A stretch of DNA of 64,000 nt. Source: a virus. Positions 45,258 to 55,296 of this stretch are shown here, one piece after another. The notes under the pieces were generated by a model. The model saw only the letters and a program-made list of their open reading frames with translations. It ran no database searches and had not been told where the DNA came from. Within the stretch, counting starts at the first letter, position 1, and every line of letters begins with the position of its first letter. The translations under genes and the position numbers were made by a program. The stretch lies in the IMG/VR virus record IMGVR_UViG_3300025598_000020, one strand, 5' to 3'.

Positions 45258-48200
45258 TTAGACTGAGATTGTATCCCTAACAAGATTGATTGTCATTGAT
45301 GTTGCACTTACTGGATTAATTAATAAACTTAATGTAGAACCAGAAATTGATGCGTCAAAAGTTCCAAGAATAGTACCTGTTGTAACTTCACCATACTGTG
45401 TTAAGTAAGCTGTAGTGCCGTTTTGTATCAACAATAATTCAATCGTATGATAGTTGCTGCCTTGTGTCATTTGTACCAAATATTTGGCCGTGCGATATGT
45501 TGATGTTGACCAAGTATCAATTGCAGTTTGTGATGTTGTTGCAGTTGTAGATTGAACAATTGTTGTGTTAACTGTAGCAGAACTGTTTGTAATTGCAACT
45601 GAGTTTGATGTTGTTGTACCAACTACTGTTAATTTGGTTGTAGGCGAACTCGTCCCAATACCCAGACCTGTGCTGGTCAGGCGCATTTGTTCGGCGTTGT
45701 TTAAAGTAAAAACTGTATAAGCAGGTGAATCAAGTTTTAATCCATTGACATTTGTGTAATCTGCTTGAACAGAATAAACTCCTGAATCATTCCATATTTT
45801 GCCAATAGTTGCTGCGCCGCCATTGCCTTGCTGGATAGTTCCATTTACAAAAAATGTTGACCCATTCCACGTCAGCGCAGAACCATTAACCACATAACCT
45901 GTACCATTCGCATACATCACGCCATTGTTTGTGAAACCTGATGCAGCAAGCTTGGTGTTTGCGGTTGCAAATGCACCATTGGCATATACGCCTGCACTGT
46001 TAGCTGTATTATATGCAGAATTGGCCTGAACAAAAGAAGCGTTTGCTTGTACAAAGATTGAATTTGAAAAACTAAATGGTGCAGCTGCCGTATTTTGTGA
46101 TGTAGAATCAGCAAATTTGATTGGTAAATTCTTCATTACCAAACCAACATTATTCTTAAATCTTGCTATTTCATTACCAGTATTAACACCATTTGCAGTA
46201 AAGATAATGTCGTTTGGTGCACCTGTAGCAATAATCATGTTACCGCCGCCGGTATTTGTGTTGCCATAAGCAATCAAATATCCGTCATTTGGTCCAATCA
46301 TTGTGTAACCACTATAATTGTATGTACTACTACCCATACCTAAGTCAAGGAATGTATCGCTTGCAGTACCATTATCGGGTGTAATAAAGATATCAAAAGA
46401 AGCATTGTTGCCGCTATTGATATTTTGCATGTTAAGTCCAGAGTAACCGTTATAGTTACTGGACATTTGGAATACCATCTGAGGTTCTAAGAAGTAACCT
46501 GATGGGATACCAGCGTATAATGCACCAAAACCGTTTGAGGATGAACCAAAGAATTGACCAGTATTACCTGTGATGGTTGAATTGATTACATTACCGGTAA
46601 AATTAATATTACCACTAACTGTTAAGTTACCATTGATTGTGGTGTTACCAGAAATTGTACCACCAGTAGATGAGAACTTAGTATTAGCAACAGTAAAGGC
46701 ACCATTAGCATATACACCAGCAGAAATTGCTGTAGAGTTGGCTATATTTGCTACTAAAAATGCAGAGTTGGCATATACACCAGCAGAGTTAGCAGTATTG
46801 AAGGCCGCATTTGCTTGTACAAAAGCACCATTAGCATATATGCCTGCTGAGTTTGCTGTTAGATAAGATGAGTTGGCATAAGAACCTGCACTATTGGCAG
46901 CCGTAAATGCCGAGTTGGCATAAGAACTGGCTGAAGCTGCATTGGTAGTTGCAGTATTTGCTTGTGTGTATGCTGAGTTAGCATATGAACTTGCTGCAGC
47001 TGCATTGGTTACAGCTGTATTTGCCTGATTAAATGCCGAGTTGGCATAAGAACTGGCGGCACCTGCATTGGTTACAGCTGTATTTGCTTGTGTGTATGCT
47101 GAGTTAGCATATACACCAGCAGAAATTGCTGTAGAGTTGGCTATATTTGCTACTAAAAATGCAGAGTTGGCATATACACCAGCAGAAATTGCTGTAGAGT
47201 TGGCTGTATTTGCTACTAAAAATGCAGAATTGGCATAAGAACTGGCCGCACCAGCATTGGTTACAGCTGTATTTGCTTGGTTATATGCTGAATTAGCTTC
47301 TGCAAATGCACCGTTAGCATATGAACTGGCCGCAGCTGCGTTAGATATTGCAGTATTTGCCTGAGTGTATGCTGAATTGGCATAAGAACTGGCTGCAGCT
47401 GCATTGGTTACAGCTGTATTTGCTTGGTTATATGCAGAGTTTGCTTCAGCAAAAGCACCATTTGCATACGAAGCTGCAGCAGATATGTTTGTATTTTGTG
47501 TTGCATCGACACCAGTTTGTAAAGTGAACTGAGTATTAGCATAGTTATAAGCTGAATTGGCATATGAACCTGCTGATAATGCATTTGCATTGGCAGTATT
47601 TGCTTGGTTGTAAGCTGCATTGGCTTCTGCGAAAGCACCGTTAGCATAAGAAGATGCAGAAGCAATATTAGTATTTTGTGTTGCATCTATACCAGTTTGT
47701 AAAGTGAACTGGGTATTAGCATAGTTATAAGCTGAATTGGCTTCTGCGAAAGCACCGTTAGCATATACGCCGGCCGAGTTTGCAGTTGAAAATGCAGAGT
47801 TAGCATAAGAACTTGCAGAGACTGCATTATTTGCAGCGGTATTGGCAGCCGTAAATGCTGAATTGGCATATGAACTTGCTGCAGCTGCATTGGTTACAGC
47901 TGTATTTGCCTGATTAAATGCCGAGTTGGCATAAGAACTGGCTGCAGCTGCATTGGTTATAGCTGTATTTGCTTGTGTATAAGCTGAATTAGCAATATCT
48001 CTTGCAACATTATCAATTGCCGAACCACCACTAATTGTATTGGCAAAAGCATACACTATATTTGCCAAGGCAAAAGCACCATTGGCATATATGCCAGCAG
48101 AGTTAGCAGTTGAAAATGCACTATTAGCATAAGAACCAGCTGCATTTGCAGTTGAATATGCTGAATTGGCTTCGGCAAAAGCACCGTTAGCATATATGCC

Positions 48201-50270
48201 AGCAGAGTTAGCAGTTGAAAACGCAGAGTTGGCATATGAACTGGCTGCAGCTGCATTTGTGGTTGCAGTATTTGCCTGATTAAATGCTGAATTAGCATAA
48301 GAACTGGCTGCAGCTGCGTTGGTTACAGCTGTATTTGCAGTTGAATATGCAGAGTTTGCTTCTGTAAATGCACCATTAGCATATAAAGCTGCACTGTTAG
48401 CTGTACTATATGCCGAATTGGCTTCTACGAATGCCGCATTAGCTTGTACAAAGATTGAATTTGAGAAACTAAATGGCGCAGCTGCCGTATTTTGTTTAGT
48501 GGAATCTGCAAAAGTGAGTGGTAAAGATTTTAATACAAGACCCGTATTGTATTTGAAACGAGCAATTTCATTACCTGTTGTTGCACCATTTGCAGCAAAA
48601 ATGATATCTTTTGGTGTATTTGTATAAAATATTAAATTACCACCACCGGTTGTTGTATTACCTGAAGCATAAACATAACCATCATTCGGTCCAAACAAAT
48701 TATAGTTTGGATTTGAGTATGTTGAACTTGTAATACCCATGTCAATATAACCATCATTTGCAGTACCGTTGTCGGATGTTGCAGTATAATCGGCCGTTGC
48801 ATTGGCACCATTGTTCAGATTTTGCAAGTTTATCTGTACATAATCACCATAATTACCACTTGATTGTATAATTGTTTGTGGTTCAAAAGTAAATCCTGTT
48901 GGAACACCAGCATACAAAGCGCCAAAACCATTTGCACTTGTACCAAAAAATTCACCAGTGTTACCGGAAATTGTTTGATTGATAACGTTACCGGTATATG
49001 TAATGTTACCTGTAACACTCAAATCACCGGAAATAGTGACATTACCAGAAATTGTACCACCGGTAGATGAGAACTTACTATTGGCAGTATTGAAGGCCGC
49101 ATTTGCTTGTACAAAAGCACCATTAGCATATATGCCAGCAGAGTTTGCTGTTAGATAAGCTGAGTTGGCATATGCGCCAGCAGAATTGGCTGCTGTGAAA
49201 GCACTATTGGCATAAGAACTGGCTGCAGTTGCATTAGTTGCAGCGGAGTTAGCCTGAGTGTATGCTGAATTGGCATAAGAACTGGCTGCAGCTGCGTTGG
49301 TAGTTGCCGTATTGGCCTGAGTGTATGCTGAATTGGCATATGAAGATGCTGCTAACGCATTGGTTACAGCTGTATTTGCTTGTGTGTAAGCAGAGTTGGC
49401 ATAAGAACTGGCTGCAGCTGCATTGGTTACAGCTGTATTTGCTTGTGTATAAGCTGCATTGGCTTCCGCAAAAGCACCATTTGCATATGATGCTGCCGAA
49501 GTAATATTAGTATTTTGCGTTAAGTCTACACCAGTTTGCAAAGTGAACTGGGTATTAGCATAATTGTATGCAGAATTTGCTTCTGCAAATGCCCCATTAG
49601 CATAAGAAGATGCGGAGTTTGCAGTTATAAAAGCAGAGTTGGCATAAGAACTAGCCGCACCAGCATTGGTAGTTGCCGTGTTTGCTTGGTTATATGCAGA
49701 GTTGGCAGTTAATCTTGCAACATTATCAATTGCCGAACCACCACTAATTGTATTGGCAAAAGCATACACTATATTTGCCAAGGCAAAAGCACCATTGGCA
49801 TATACACCAGCAGAAGTTGCTGTAGAATTTGCAAGATTGGCTTCTGCATATGCTGAATTGGCTTGAACAAACGCTGCATTGGCCTGTATGAATGCTGGTT
49901 GTGCATATGTGCCTGCATTGTTGGCAGCATTGAAGGCTGCGTTAGCTTGTAAAAATGCTAAATTGGCCTGATTGTATCCATTACCTGCTAATACGAATGC
50001 ACTATTAGCTTCTATAAATGCTGCATTGGCATATGCACCAGCAGAATTGGCTGCTGTGAAAGCTAAATTGGCTTGTATAAAACTTGAATTGGCTTCAGAA
50101 AATAAAACGTTTACAGTATTTTGTGTAGCAATATAGTGACCGCCTCTGGTCACACCGTCTTGTAATACTAAAGTGTTGGCTTGTGTATCAACAGTAAGTT
50201 CACCAATGACACCAGTAAATGCCGCAATCTGTGATGTATTACCTCGTCTTAATTGTAATTGTGTTGACAT
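45258..50270 (-). CDS. Long tail fibre-like protein (Mtd-like N-terminus, Ala/Asn heptad repeats)
   Basis: QLQLRRGNT...GELTVDT; many ANSAY/F repeats; two duplicated globular blocks. Confidence 0.8.
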   Translation of the reverse strand: MSTQLQLRRGNTSQIAAFTGVIGELTVDTQANTLVLQDGVTRGGHYIATQNTVNVLFSEANSSFIQANLAFTAANSAGAYANAAFIEANSAFVLAGNGYNQANLAFLQANAAFNAANNAGTYAQPAFIQANAAFVQANSAYAEANLANSTATSAGVYANGAFALANIVYAFANTISGGSAIDNVARLTANSAYNQANTATTNAGAASSYANSAFITANSASSYANGAFAEANSAYNYANTQFTLQTGVDLTQNTNITSAASYANGAFAEANAAYTQANTAVTNAAAASSYANSAYTQANTAVTNALAASSYANSAYTQANTATTNAAAASSYANSAYTQANSAATNATAASSYANSAFTAANSAGAYANSAYLTANSAGIYANGAFVQANAAFNTANSKFSSTGGTISGNVTISGDLSVTGNITYTGNVINQTISGNTGEFFGTSANGFGALYAGVPTGFTFEPQTIIQSSGNYGDYVQINLQNLNNGANATADYTATSDNGTANDGYIDMGITSSTYSNPNYNLFGPNDGYVYASGNTTTGGGNLIFYTNTPKDIIFAANGATTGNEIARFKYNTGLVLKSLPLTFADSTKQNTAAAPFSFSNSIFVQANAAFVEANSAYSTANSAALYANGAFTEANSAYSTANTAVTNAAAASSYANSAFNQANTATTNAAAASSYANSAFSTANSAGIYANGAFAEANSAYSTANAAGSYANSAFSTANSAGIYANGAFALANIVYAFANTISGGSAIDNVARDIANSAYTQANTAITNAAAASSYANSAFNQANTAVTNAAAASSYANSAFTAANTAANNAVSASSYANSAFSTANSAGVYANGAFAEANSAYNYANTQFTLQTGIDATQNTNIASASSYANGAFAEANAAYNQANTANANALSAGSYANSAYNYANTQFTLQTGVDATQNTNISAAASYANGAFAEANSAYNQANTAVTNAAAASSYANSAYTQANTAISNAAAASSYANGAFAEANSAYNQANTAVTNAGAASSYANSAFLVANTANSTAISAGVYANSAFLVANIANSTAISAGVYANSAYTQANTAVTNAGAASSYANSAFNQANTAVTNAAAASSYANSAYTQANTATTNAASASSYANSAFTAANSAGSYANSSYLTANSAGIYANGAFVQANAAFNTANSAGVYANSAFLVANIANSTAISAGVYANGAFTVANTKFSSTGGTISGNTTINGNLTVSGNINFTGNVINSTITGNTGQFFGSSSNGFGALYAGIPSGYFLEPQMVFQMSSNYNGYSGLNMQNINSGNNASFDIFITPDNGTASDTFLDLGMGSSTYNYSGYTMIGPNDGYLIAYGNTNTGGGNMIIATGAPNDIIFTANGVNTGNEIARFKNNVGLVMKNLPIKFADSTSQNTAAAPFSFSNSIFVQANASFVQANSAYNTANSAGVYANGAFATANTKLAASGFTNNGVMYANGTGYVVNGSALTWNGSTFFVNGTIQQGNGGAATIGKIWNDSGVYSVQADYTNVNGLKLDSPAYTVFTLNNAEQMRLTSTGLGIGTSSPTTKLTVVGTTTSNSVAITNSSATVNTTIVQSTTATTSQTAIDTWSTSTYRTAKYLVQMTQGSNYHTIELLLIQNGTTAYLTQYGEVTTGTILGTFDASISGSTLSLLINPVSATSMTINLVRDTISV

Positions 50271-50313
50271 GAATAATAGCCTTTGTTAACCTTTTTTATT
50301 TATGTTATTCTTT

Positions 50314-50931
50314 TTAGTATACTGTGCCTAAATCCACATCACCATATATTTCTATGCCTGTATCCACTGAGCCCAAATCTATGTATGGAAAACCACTACT
50401 AGAAGATGTATTTGCAGTAATTGTTATTTGTGATGTTGAAGGATTTGCAGTAATAACAACACCATCACCACCAACAAATTGTACTGTTTGACTGGTACTA
50501 CCACTAATGGTATCACCCATAGTATCTGTGAAAGCATTAAAACTTGTTGAAGCTAAACTATATGCAGAACAAGCAGTGGAATATGCAGAACTGGCTAAAG
50601 TATATGCTGAATTAGCCTCATCAAATGCCGCATTTGCAGTTGCTCTGGCCACATTATCGGATGAACTACCGGAACCAGAAGAATTGATTGTAACTGAATT
50701 TGTTACTGTATTGGTTGTTAGAGTAACATTGTTGCCTGCCACCAAAGTCAATGGTGAGTTTGCACTATTCGCAAGTACAGTTGACTGTCCTGATACTACA
50801 ATCGTACCAAAAGAGTTACCACCTTGATTGGAGACTTGTAAATCCCATGCATAACCATTGTATACCCAAGTCTTATTACCTACGGTATAACTTTGTCCTA
50901 CTGATGGAGATGATGGAAAATTTATTGCCAT
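50314..50931 (-). CDS. Putative virion structural protein
   Basis: [25 protein letters not shown] start; S/T-rich. Confidence 0.65.
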   Translation of the reverse strand: MAINFPSSPSVGQSYTVGNKTWVYNGYAWDLQVSNQGGNSFGTIVVSGQSTVLANSANSPLTLVAGNNVTLTTNTVTNSVTINSSGSGSSSDNVARATANAAFDEANSAYTLASSAYSTACSAYSLASTSFNAFTDTMGDTISGSTSQTVQFVGGDGVVITANPSTSQITITANTSSSSGFPYIDLGSVDTGIEIYGDVDLGTVY

Positions 50932-50934
50932 TTA

Positions 50935-52599
50935 TTATCCTATGTAAGCCACAGACCAATTGTCGTTGCTATCAAATATGATTGTACCAGAACTTGCAAT
51001 TAATTGTAGTGTATCGCCTACCGCCAGTTTCACAATGTTGGCGCCACCGGCATGGTTCATTGAAGTGTTTGGACCAAATTCAACCATAATACAAGTTGTT
51101 GTCCCACCACCAATTGCAGCAGTTTTTCTAACTAAGGCTTGAGCAATACCACTTGAACTATTATTATATGTTCTAATCACTAAATTAACTTGATATAAAC
51201 CTGCAACAGGCGCTGTAAATATACCAGTAGTTCCGTTCAGGTAACTTCCTTGATTATATTCAATATTCCAATTGCTATTCGTTAATGTGTTTGAGGAAGC
51301 AACTGAGCCACCATTACCTCTTACACAAAATGCTGGACGATTTGGTGCATAACCAGCAGCAATACCGTTTGTTGTTGTATTACCTGCAAGTGTTAAGTCG
51401 CCCGCATCACTCAAAGAAAATGATGTTATTAGGTATGCACTATTAACAACTTGTAATTCACCAACAGAACTTAAACGGATTGTTTTGTTTCCGTTTGTTG
51501 CGCCAGCAGATGTATTTGTAAATTTTAATACATCTGCATAACCTGTACCACCAATTGTATTGGCTGCAGTAATAGACAATCCTGAACCTGTTGTTGTGAC
51601 AGGTTGATATGTTATACTTACATTTCCTGTTATACTTCCACCAGTGTTTGCAAGTGCGTTGTTTGCTTTGGAGAAAGCACTATTAGCATATGAACCAGCT
51701 GAGTTTGCGGCAGTAAATGCTGAGTTTGCATAAGAACTGGCCGCATTAATAGAGTTATTTTGTGTAAGTTCTATGCCTGCTAAATTCACCGTATTGGATG
51801 CTGCGGTATTAGCTGCCGTAAATGCTGAATTGGCATAGGCACCAGCAGAATTAGATGCTGTGAAAGCTGAATTGGCATAAGATCCAGCACTATTAGCAGT
51901 TGAAAATGCACTATTAGCATAAGAACCAGCTGCATTGATGGAACTGTTTTGTGTTAATTCAATACCCACCAAATTAACAGTATTGGATGCTGATGTATTG
52001 GCTGCATTAAATGCCGCATTGGCTTGTGCAAAGATACTATTAGAATATAGTAATAATTCTACACCGCTGTCATAGATTGTATTTGAACTAACACTATTGA
52101 ATGTAGAAGTTGTGACATTACTTTGAGCACCAGTTGGTCCAAATTCTGCCCATATTGGATATGCCGTGTTGCCAAAGTTTTCATACATTACACCTGTATT
52201 AGAATTCAACCACAAATCGTTTGAATTTGGATTACTTGGTGCAGTATTTTGATAATATGTTTGTGTTTTTGCATTGGCTGCTGAGTAGACAATACTGCCA
52301 TCTAATGTAATTGTCTTACTAGTAGTATTAGCAAAAACACCAATACCATTTGCGCCTTTGAAACTTAGAGTGTCTGTGTTAGATGTTGCAAGTATTAGTG
52401 AACCAGATACGTTCATTGTTGAGAACGAATTGGTAAACTGACCGCTAGAGATATATGTTATTGTACCTGTAGCATTTTTATAATACAACTTTCCATCGTA
52501 GTAGTTAAGTGCCAACTCACCATAATTTAGTGATGCTGGTACGTTACCTGATACGCCAGATTTTCTTAGTTGAATTGTTGTATTTGCAATTGTTGCCAT
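50935..52599 (-). CDS. Tail fibre protein with C-terminal C1q-like globular domain
   Basis: N-terminal IQLRKS...GELALN; C-terminal PAF, TGIFTAPVAGLYQV, VKLAVGDTL. Confidence 0.75.
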   Translation of the reverse strand: MATIANTTIQLRKSGVSGNVPASLNYGELALNYYDGKLYYKNATGTITYISSGQFTNSFSTMNVSGSLILATSNTDTLSFKGANGIGVFANTTSKTITLDGSIVYSAANAKTQTYYQNTAPSNPNSNDLWLNSNTGVMYENFGNTAYPIWAEFGPTGAQSNVTTSTFNSVSSNTIYDSGVELLLYSNSIFAQANAAFNAANTSASNTVNLVGIELTQNSSINAAGSYANSAFSTANSAGSYANSAFTASNSAGAYANSAFTAANTAASNTVNLAGIELTQNNSINAASSYANSAFTAANSAGSYANSAFSKANNALANTGGSITGNVSITYQPVTTTGSGLSITAANTIGGTGYADVLKFTNTSAGATNGNKTIRLSSVGELQVVNSAYLITSFSLSDAGDLTLAGNTTTNGIAAGYAPNRPAFCVRGNGGSVASSNTLTNSNWNIEYNQGSYLNGTTGIFTAPVAGLYQVNLVIRTYNNSSSGIAQALVRKTAAIGGGTTTCIMVEFGPNTSMNHAGGANIVKLAVGDTLQLIASSGTIIFDSNDNWSVAYIG

Positions 52600-52602
52600 C
52601 TA

Positions 52603-53127
52603 TTAAAAACTTCCGCCATCCTCTATTGGATTTATAATTGTTGATGTCGTAATCAATTTATTTTCATCAATTTTCTTACGCTTTGCCGGAGTTAATTGCA
52701 AATAATTTATTTGTTCATTCAATGATTTAATTTTTGATTCATAATCGTCACGAGTTTTTTGGTGTTCATCTCGTTCTCTAATCAATTCATTTCTAAATGT
52801 ATCAACATGTTGAACTTGATGACGCACATTTTCATATTCATGTTTCACACTACTTAGATTATTGATTTCTTTTCTCAAGTCTTCAATAATTCTATCTTTA
52901 TTTTCAGATATAGTTCTCACTTGGTCACTCGCAATTTGTTGAGAACTTGATGTTTCTTTTCTTAGGTTCTCAACAATGCTTTCTAATTCTTCAACTTTTT
53001 GATTTAATTCACCAATTGCTTCGTCACTTATTTTAAGATTGGTCTGTAATGAAATATTTCTCAGTACAGCATCTTGCATCGTATTGGTCACCATTTCAAT
53101 ATAATAGTTCACATATTTCTCACTCAT
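52603..53127 (-). CDS. Coiled-coil hypothetical protein
   Basis: E/K/N-rich heptads; ends DGGSF like its neighbours. Confidence 0.7.
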   Translation of the reverse strand: MSEKYVNYYIEMVTNTMQDAVLRNISLQTNLKISDEAIGELNQKVEELESIVENLRKETSSSQQIASDQVRTISENKDRIIEDLRKEINNLSSVKHEYENVRHQVQHVDTFRNELIRERDEHQKTRDDYESKIKSLNEQINYLQLTPAKRKKIDENKLITTSTIINPIEDGGSF

Positions 53128-53158
53128 CTCAAACTCCTAATAAATCATAATATAGTAT

Positions 53159-54439
53159 TTAGAAGCTGCCTCCATCCATAGTTGTTGTCCACACTGGAAC
53201 ACCTGCATTTGTGACAGTCAAAACTTGATTAGAATATGTTTGGTCTGAATTACCCGCAGCTGCAGTTACACCTAATCCACTGGAACCATTTCCGTATGTA
53301 ATACCATTTGTTGTGAATGATGTTTGTCCTGTACCACCTTGGCCAACTGCAAGTGCATTAGTCAGTGATAGTGTACCAACTGTTGCATTTGTAATATTTG
53401 CAGTTGCAAATGTACCTTGGAAACCATTAACGTTTGTATATAATGTGGCAGTATTTGCCTGTGTAAAATAATTGTTACTTAATGTATTTGCTATTGAAGC
53501 ATTAGTAGCCGCAATGTTTGCAAACAAATAATAGTTTTTAGAACCTGCATCACGCAACAAACCAGTAATATTGTTTGTTGATCCGTTGTTATACAATCCA
53601 TAGAAACCAATATCAATTACGTCACCCGTAGTATTATTGGCTGCCAACTCAATCATTGAGTCATTGGTTTGTACAATAGATGTATTGACGTATGTTGCGG
53701 TACCAGAAACAATCAAGTTACCAGAGATAGAAAGGTCTGTACCAATTGTTTGTGGACCAACACCAGAAGTATTAGAACGTAAAATTGTATTGTCTGTACC
53801 AATCAATACCGTCTCTGAACCACCAGAACCAGTTACTGTTGTCGTAATACCAGATCCATTACCCTCAATTGTTAGTGTACCACCACCAGATTGTGAACCA
53901 GAACCTGTGTTACCAGATACAGTGAATGATGTTGCAATTGTGTTATTGGAAATGGCGGTGATACGACCTTTTGCATCTACTGTGATAGATGGAATTGTTG
54001 TTGTATTACCGTATGTACCAATGTTGGAGTTAACTGTTGCTAATGTGAATCCTAATTCAACGTTGGCAGTACCATTAAATGCTACGTTAGCCGCAGTAGC
54101 ATCACCATACGCACCAAAATATGTCGTTTGTGTTAATGAATTTGCTGAGTTAGCAATTAAACTACCAACAGTAATACCTGCCGCAGTAATATAACCAACA
54201 GAAATGTTACCGGATGCATCACGTTTAACAATGGTGCTTGGTGTATTTGCACTGGTCGCATTGTCAATTTGCGAAGTGTAGTATTGGCCACCTACGTTTA
54301 CAACACCAGTACCTGTTGAATTACCAATAAAAATGGTATTTGACAGATATGAATATGCTAATTCACCTGCCTTAAGCGAACTTGGTGTACCCGTTGCGGT
54401 AGAACGTTTAATTAAAATACTTGTATTGGAGATGGCCAT
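53159..54439 (-). CDS. Tail fibre / baseplate-associated protein
   Basis: ILIKRSTATGTPSSLKAGELAY start; G/T/N-rich; ends DGGSF. Confidence 0.7.
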   Translation of the reverse strand: MAISNTSILIKRSTATGTPSSLKAGELAYSYLSNTIFIGNSTGTGVVNVGGQYYTSQIDNATSANTPSTIVKRDASGNISVGYITAAGITVGSLIANSANSLTQTTYFGAYGDATAANVAFNGTANVELGFTLATVNSNIGTYGNTTTIPSITVDAKGRITAISNNTIATSFTVSGNTGSGSQSGGGTLTIEGNGSGITTTVTGSGGSETVLIGTDNTILRSNTSGVGPQTIGTDLSISGNLIVSGTATYVNTSIVQTNDSMIELAANNTTGDVIDIGFYGLYNNGSTNNITGLLRDAGSKNYYLFANIAATNASIANTLSNNYFTQANTATLYTNVNGFQGTFATANITNATVGTLSLTNALAVGQGGTGQTSFTTNGITYGNGSSGLGVTAAAGNSDQTYSNQVLTVTNAGVPVWTTTMDGGSF

Positions 54440-54489
54440 TTTAGGTCCTTTTTATAATTGTTATAAGACTATTTATTGGAAAAGGTAAA

Positions 54490-54861
54490 TCAAAAAGTTC
54501 CCCCATCAATATTACCATTCGTTAACTGAGCAGAATTATTTGCTAAATAATATGCTGTATTGGCTTCAGTTATAGCGTTGTTAGCCAAAATCAATGCAGT
54601 ATTTGCTTCCGACAATGCTGAGTTGGCTGTACCACTTACTCCGCTAGCCAATGAATATGCAGTGTTGGCTTCAGCCAAAGCGGAAGTAGCAAGACCATAG
54701 ACTGAATTGGCATAAGTGTATGCTACATTTGCTTCTTGAGAAGCTGCATTGGCTGTTGCACCAATCACAGTTATTTCTGTTGCTAAGTTGGCTGAACCAA
54801 CAAAAGTGGTTGTACCCCTAACAGAAATATTTTGATTTGGATTTACTGTAAAGACTGCCAT
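54490..54861 (-). CDS. Small structural protein with Ala/Asn repeats
   Basis: EANTAY repeats; ends DGGTF. Confidence 0.6.
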   Translation of the reverse strand: MAVFTVNPNQNISVRGTTTFVGSANLATEITVIGATANAASQEANVAYTYANSVYGLATSALAEANTAYSLASGVSGTANSALSEANTALILANNAITEANTAYYLANNSAQLTNGNIDGGTF

Positions 54862-55226
54862 TATACCTCTGATCCGTATGATGAAGATACACCAGTAACT
54901 CCAGGATTAACAAAAACTTGGCCCTCTACCACTCTTGTGATTGTATTACTTGAATCTTTGATGGTGATATCGTATACCAATTTACCTGCGGGAACATTAG
55001 CAGAATTTGCAGCAGATAAACTTAATTGTACAATTCCACCATTAGCATCTACAATTGAGGTTGTAAAATTAATAAAAACGTTACTGGAGTAATAAGATTT
55101 TTTGGCCTGTGCAGCAACAGTGAACCCTGTCAAATTATAACCATTACCATAAAGGTCGGTCAATGTGGTCTGAGAATTGAATGTTGAACCTTGGTCAAGG
55201 TACAAATCTGCGTAGGCTGCTGGCAT
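54861..55226 (-). CDS. Putative baseplate/fibre adaptor (Ig-like fold)
   Basis: LYLDQGSTF, YNLTGFT, GKLVYDI, RVVEGQVFVNPGVT. Confidence 0.65.
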   Translation of the reverse strand: MPAAYADLYLDQGSTFNSQTTLTDLYGNGYNLTGFTVAAQAKKSYYSSNVFINFTTSIVDANGGIVQLSLSAANSANVPAGKLVYDITIKDSSNTITRVVEGQVFVNPGVTGVSSSYGSEV

Positions 55227-55296
55227 GATAATATCCTATAGGTGTATACTACAGGATATTTATGCCTTTATTAACCAGAAGTATACCTGAGTGTAC

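Noticed and set aside
34154-50270. Diversity-generating retroelement suggested by two Mtd-like N-terminal domains
   Set aside because: No reverse transcriptase in the window and no template/variable repeat pair differing only at adenines was seen
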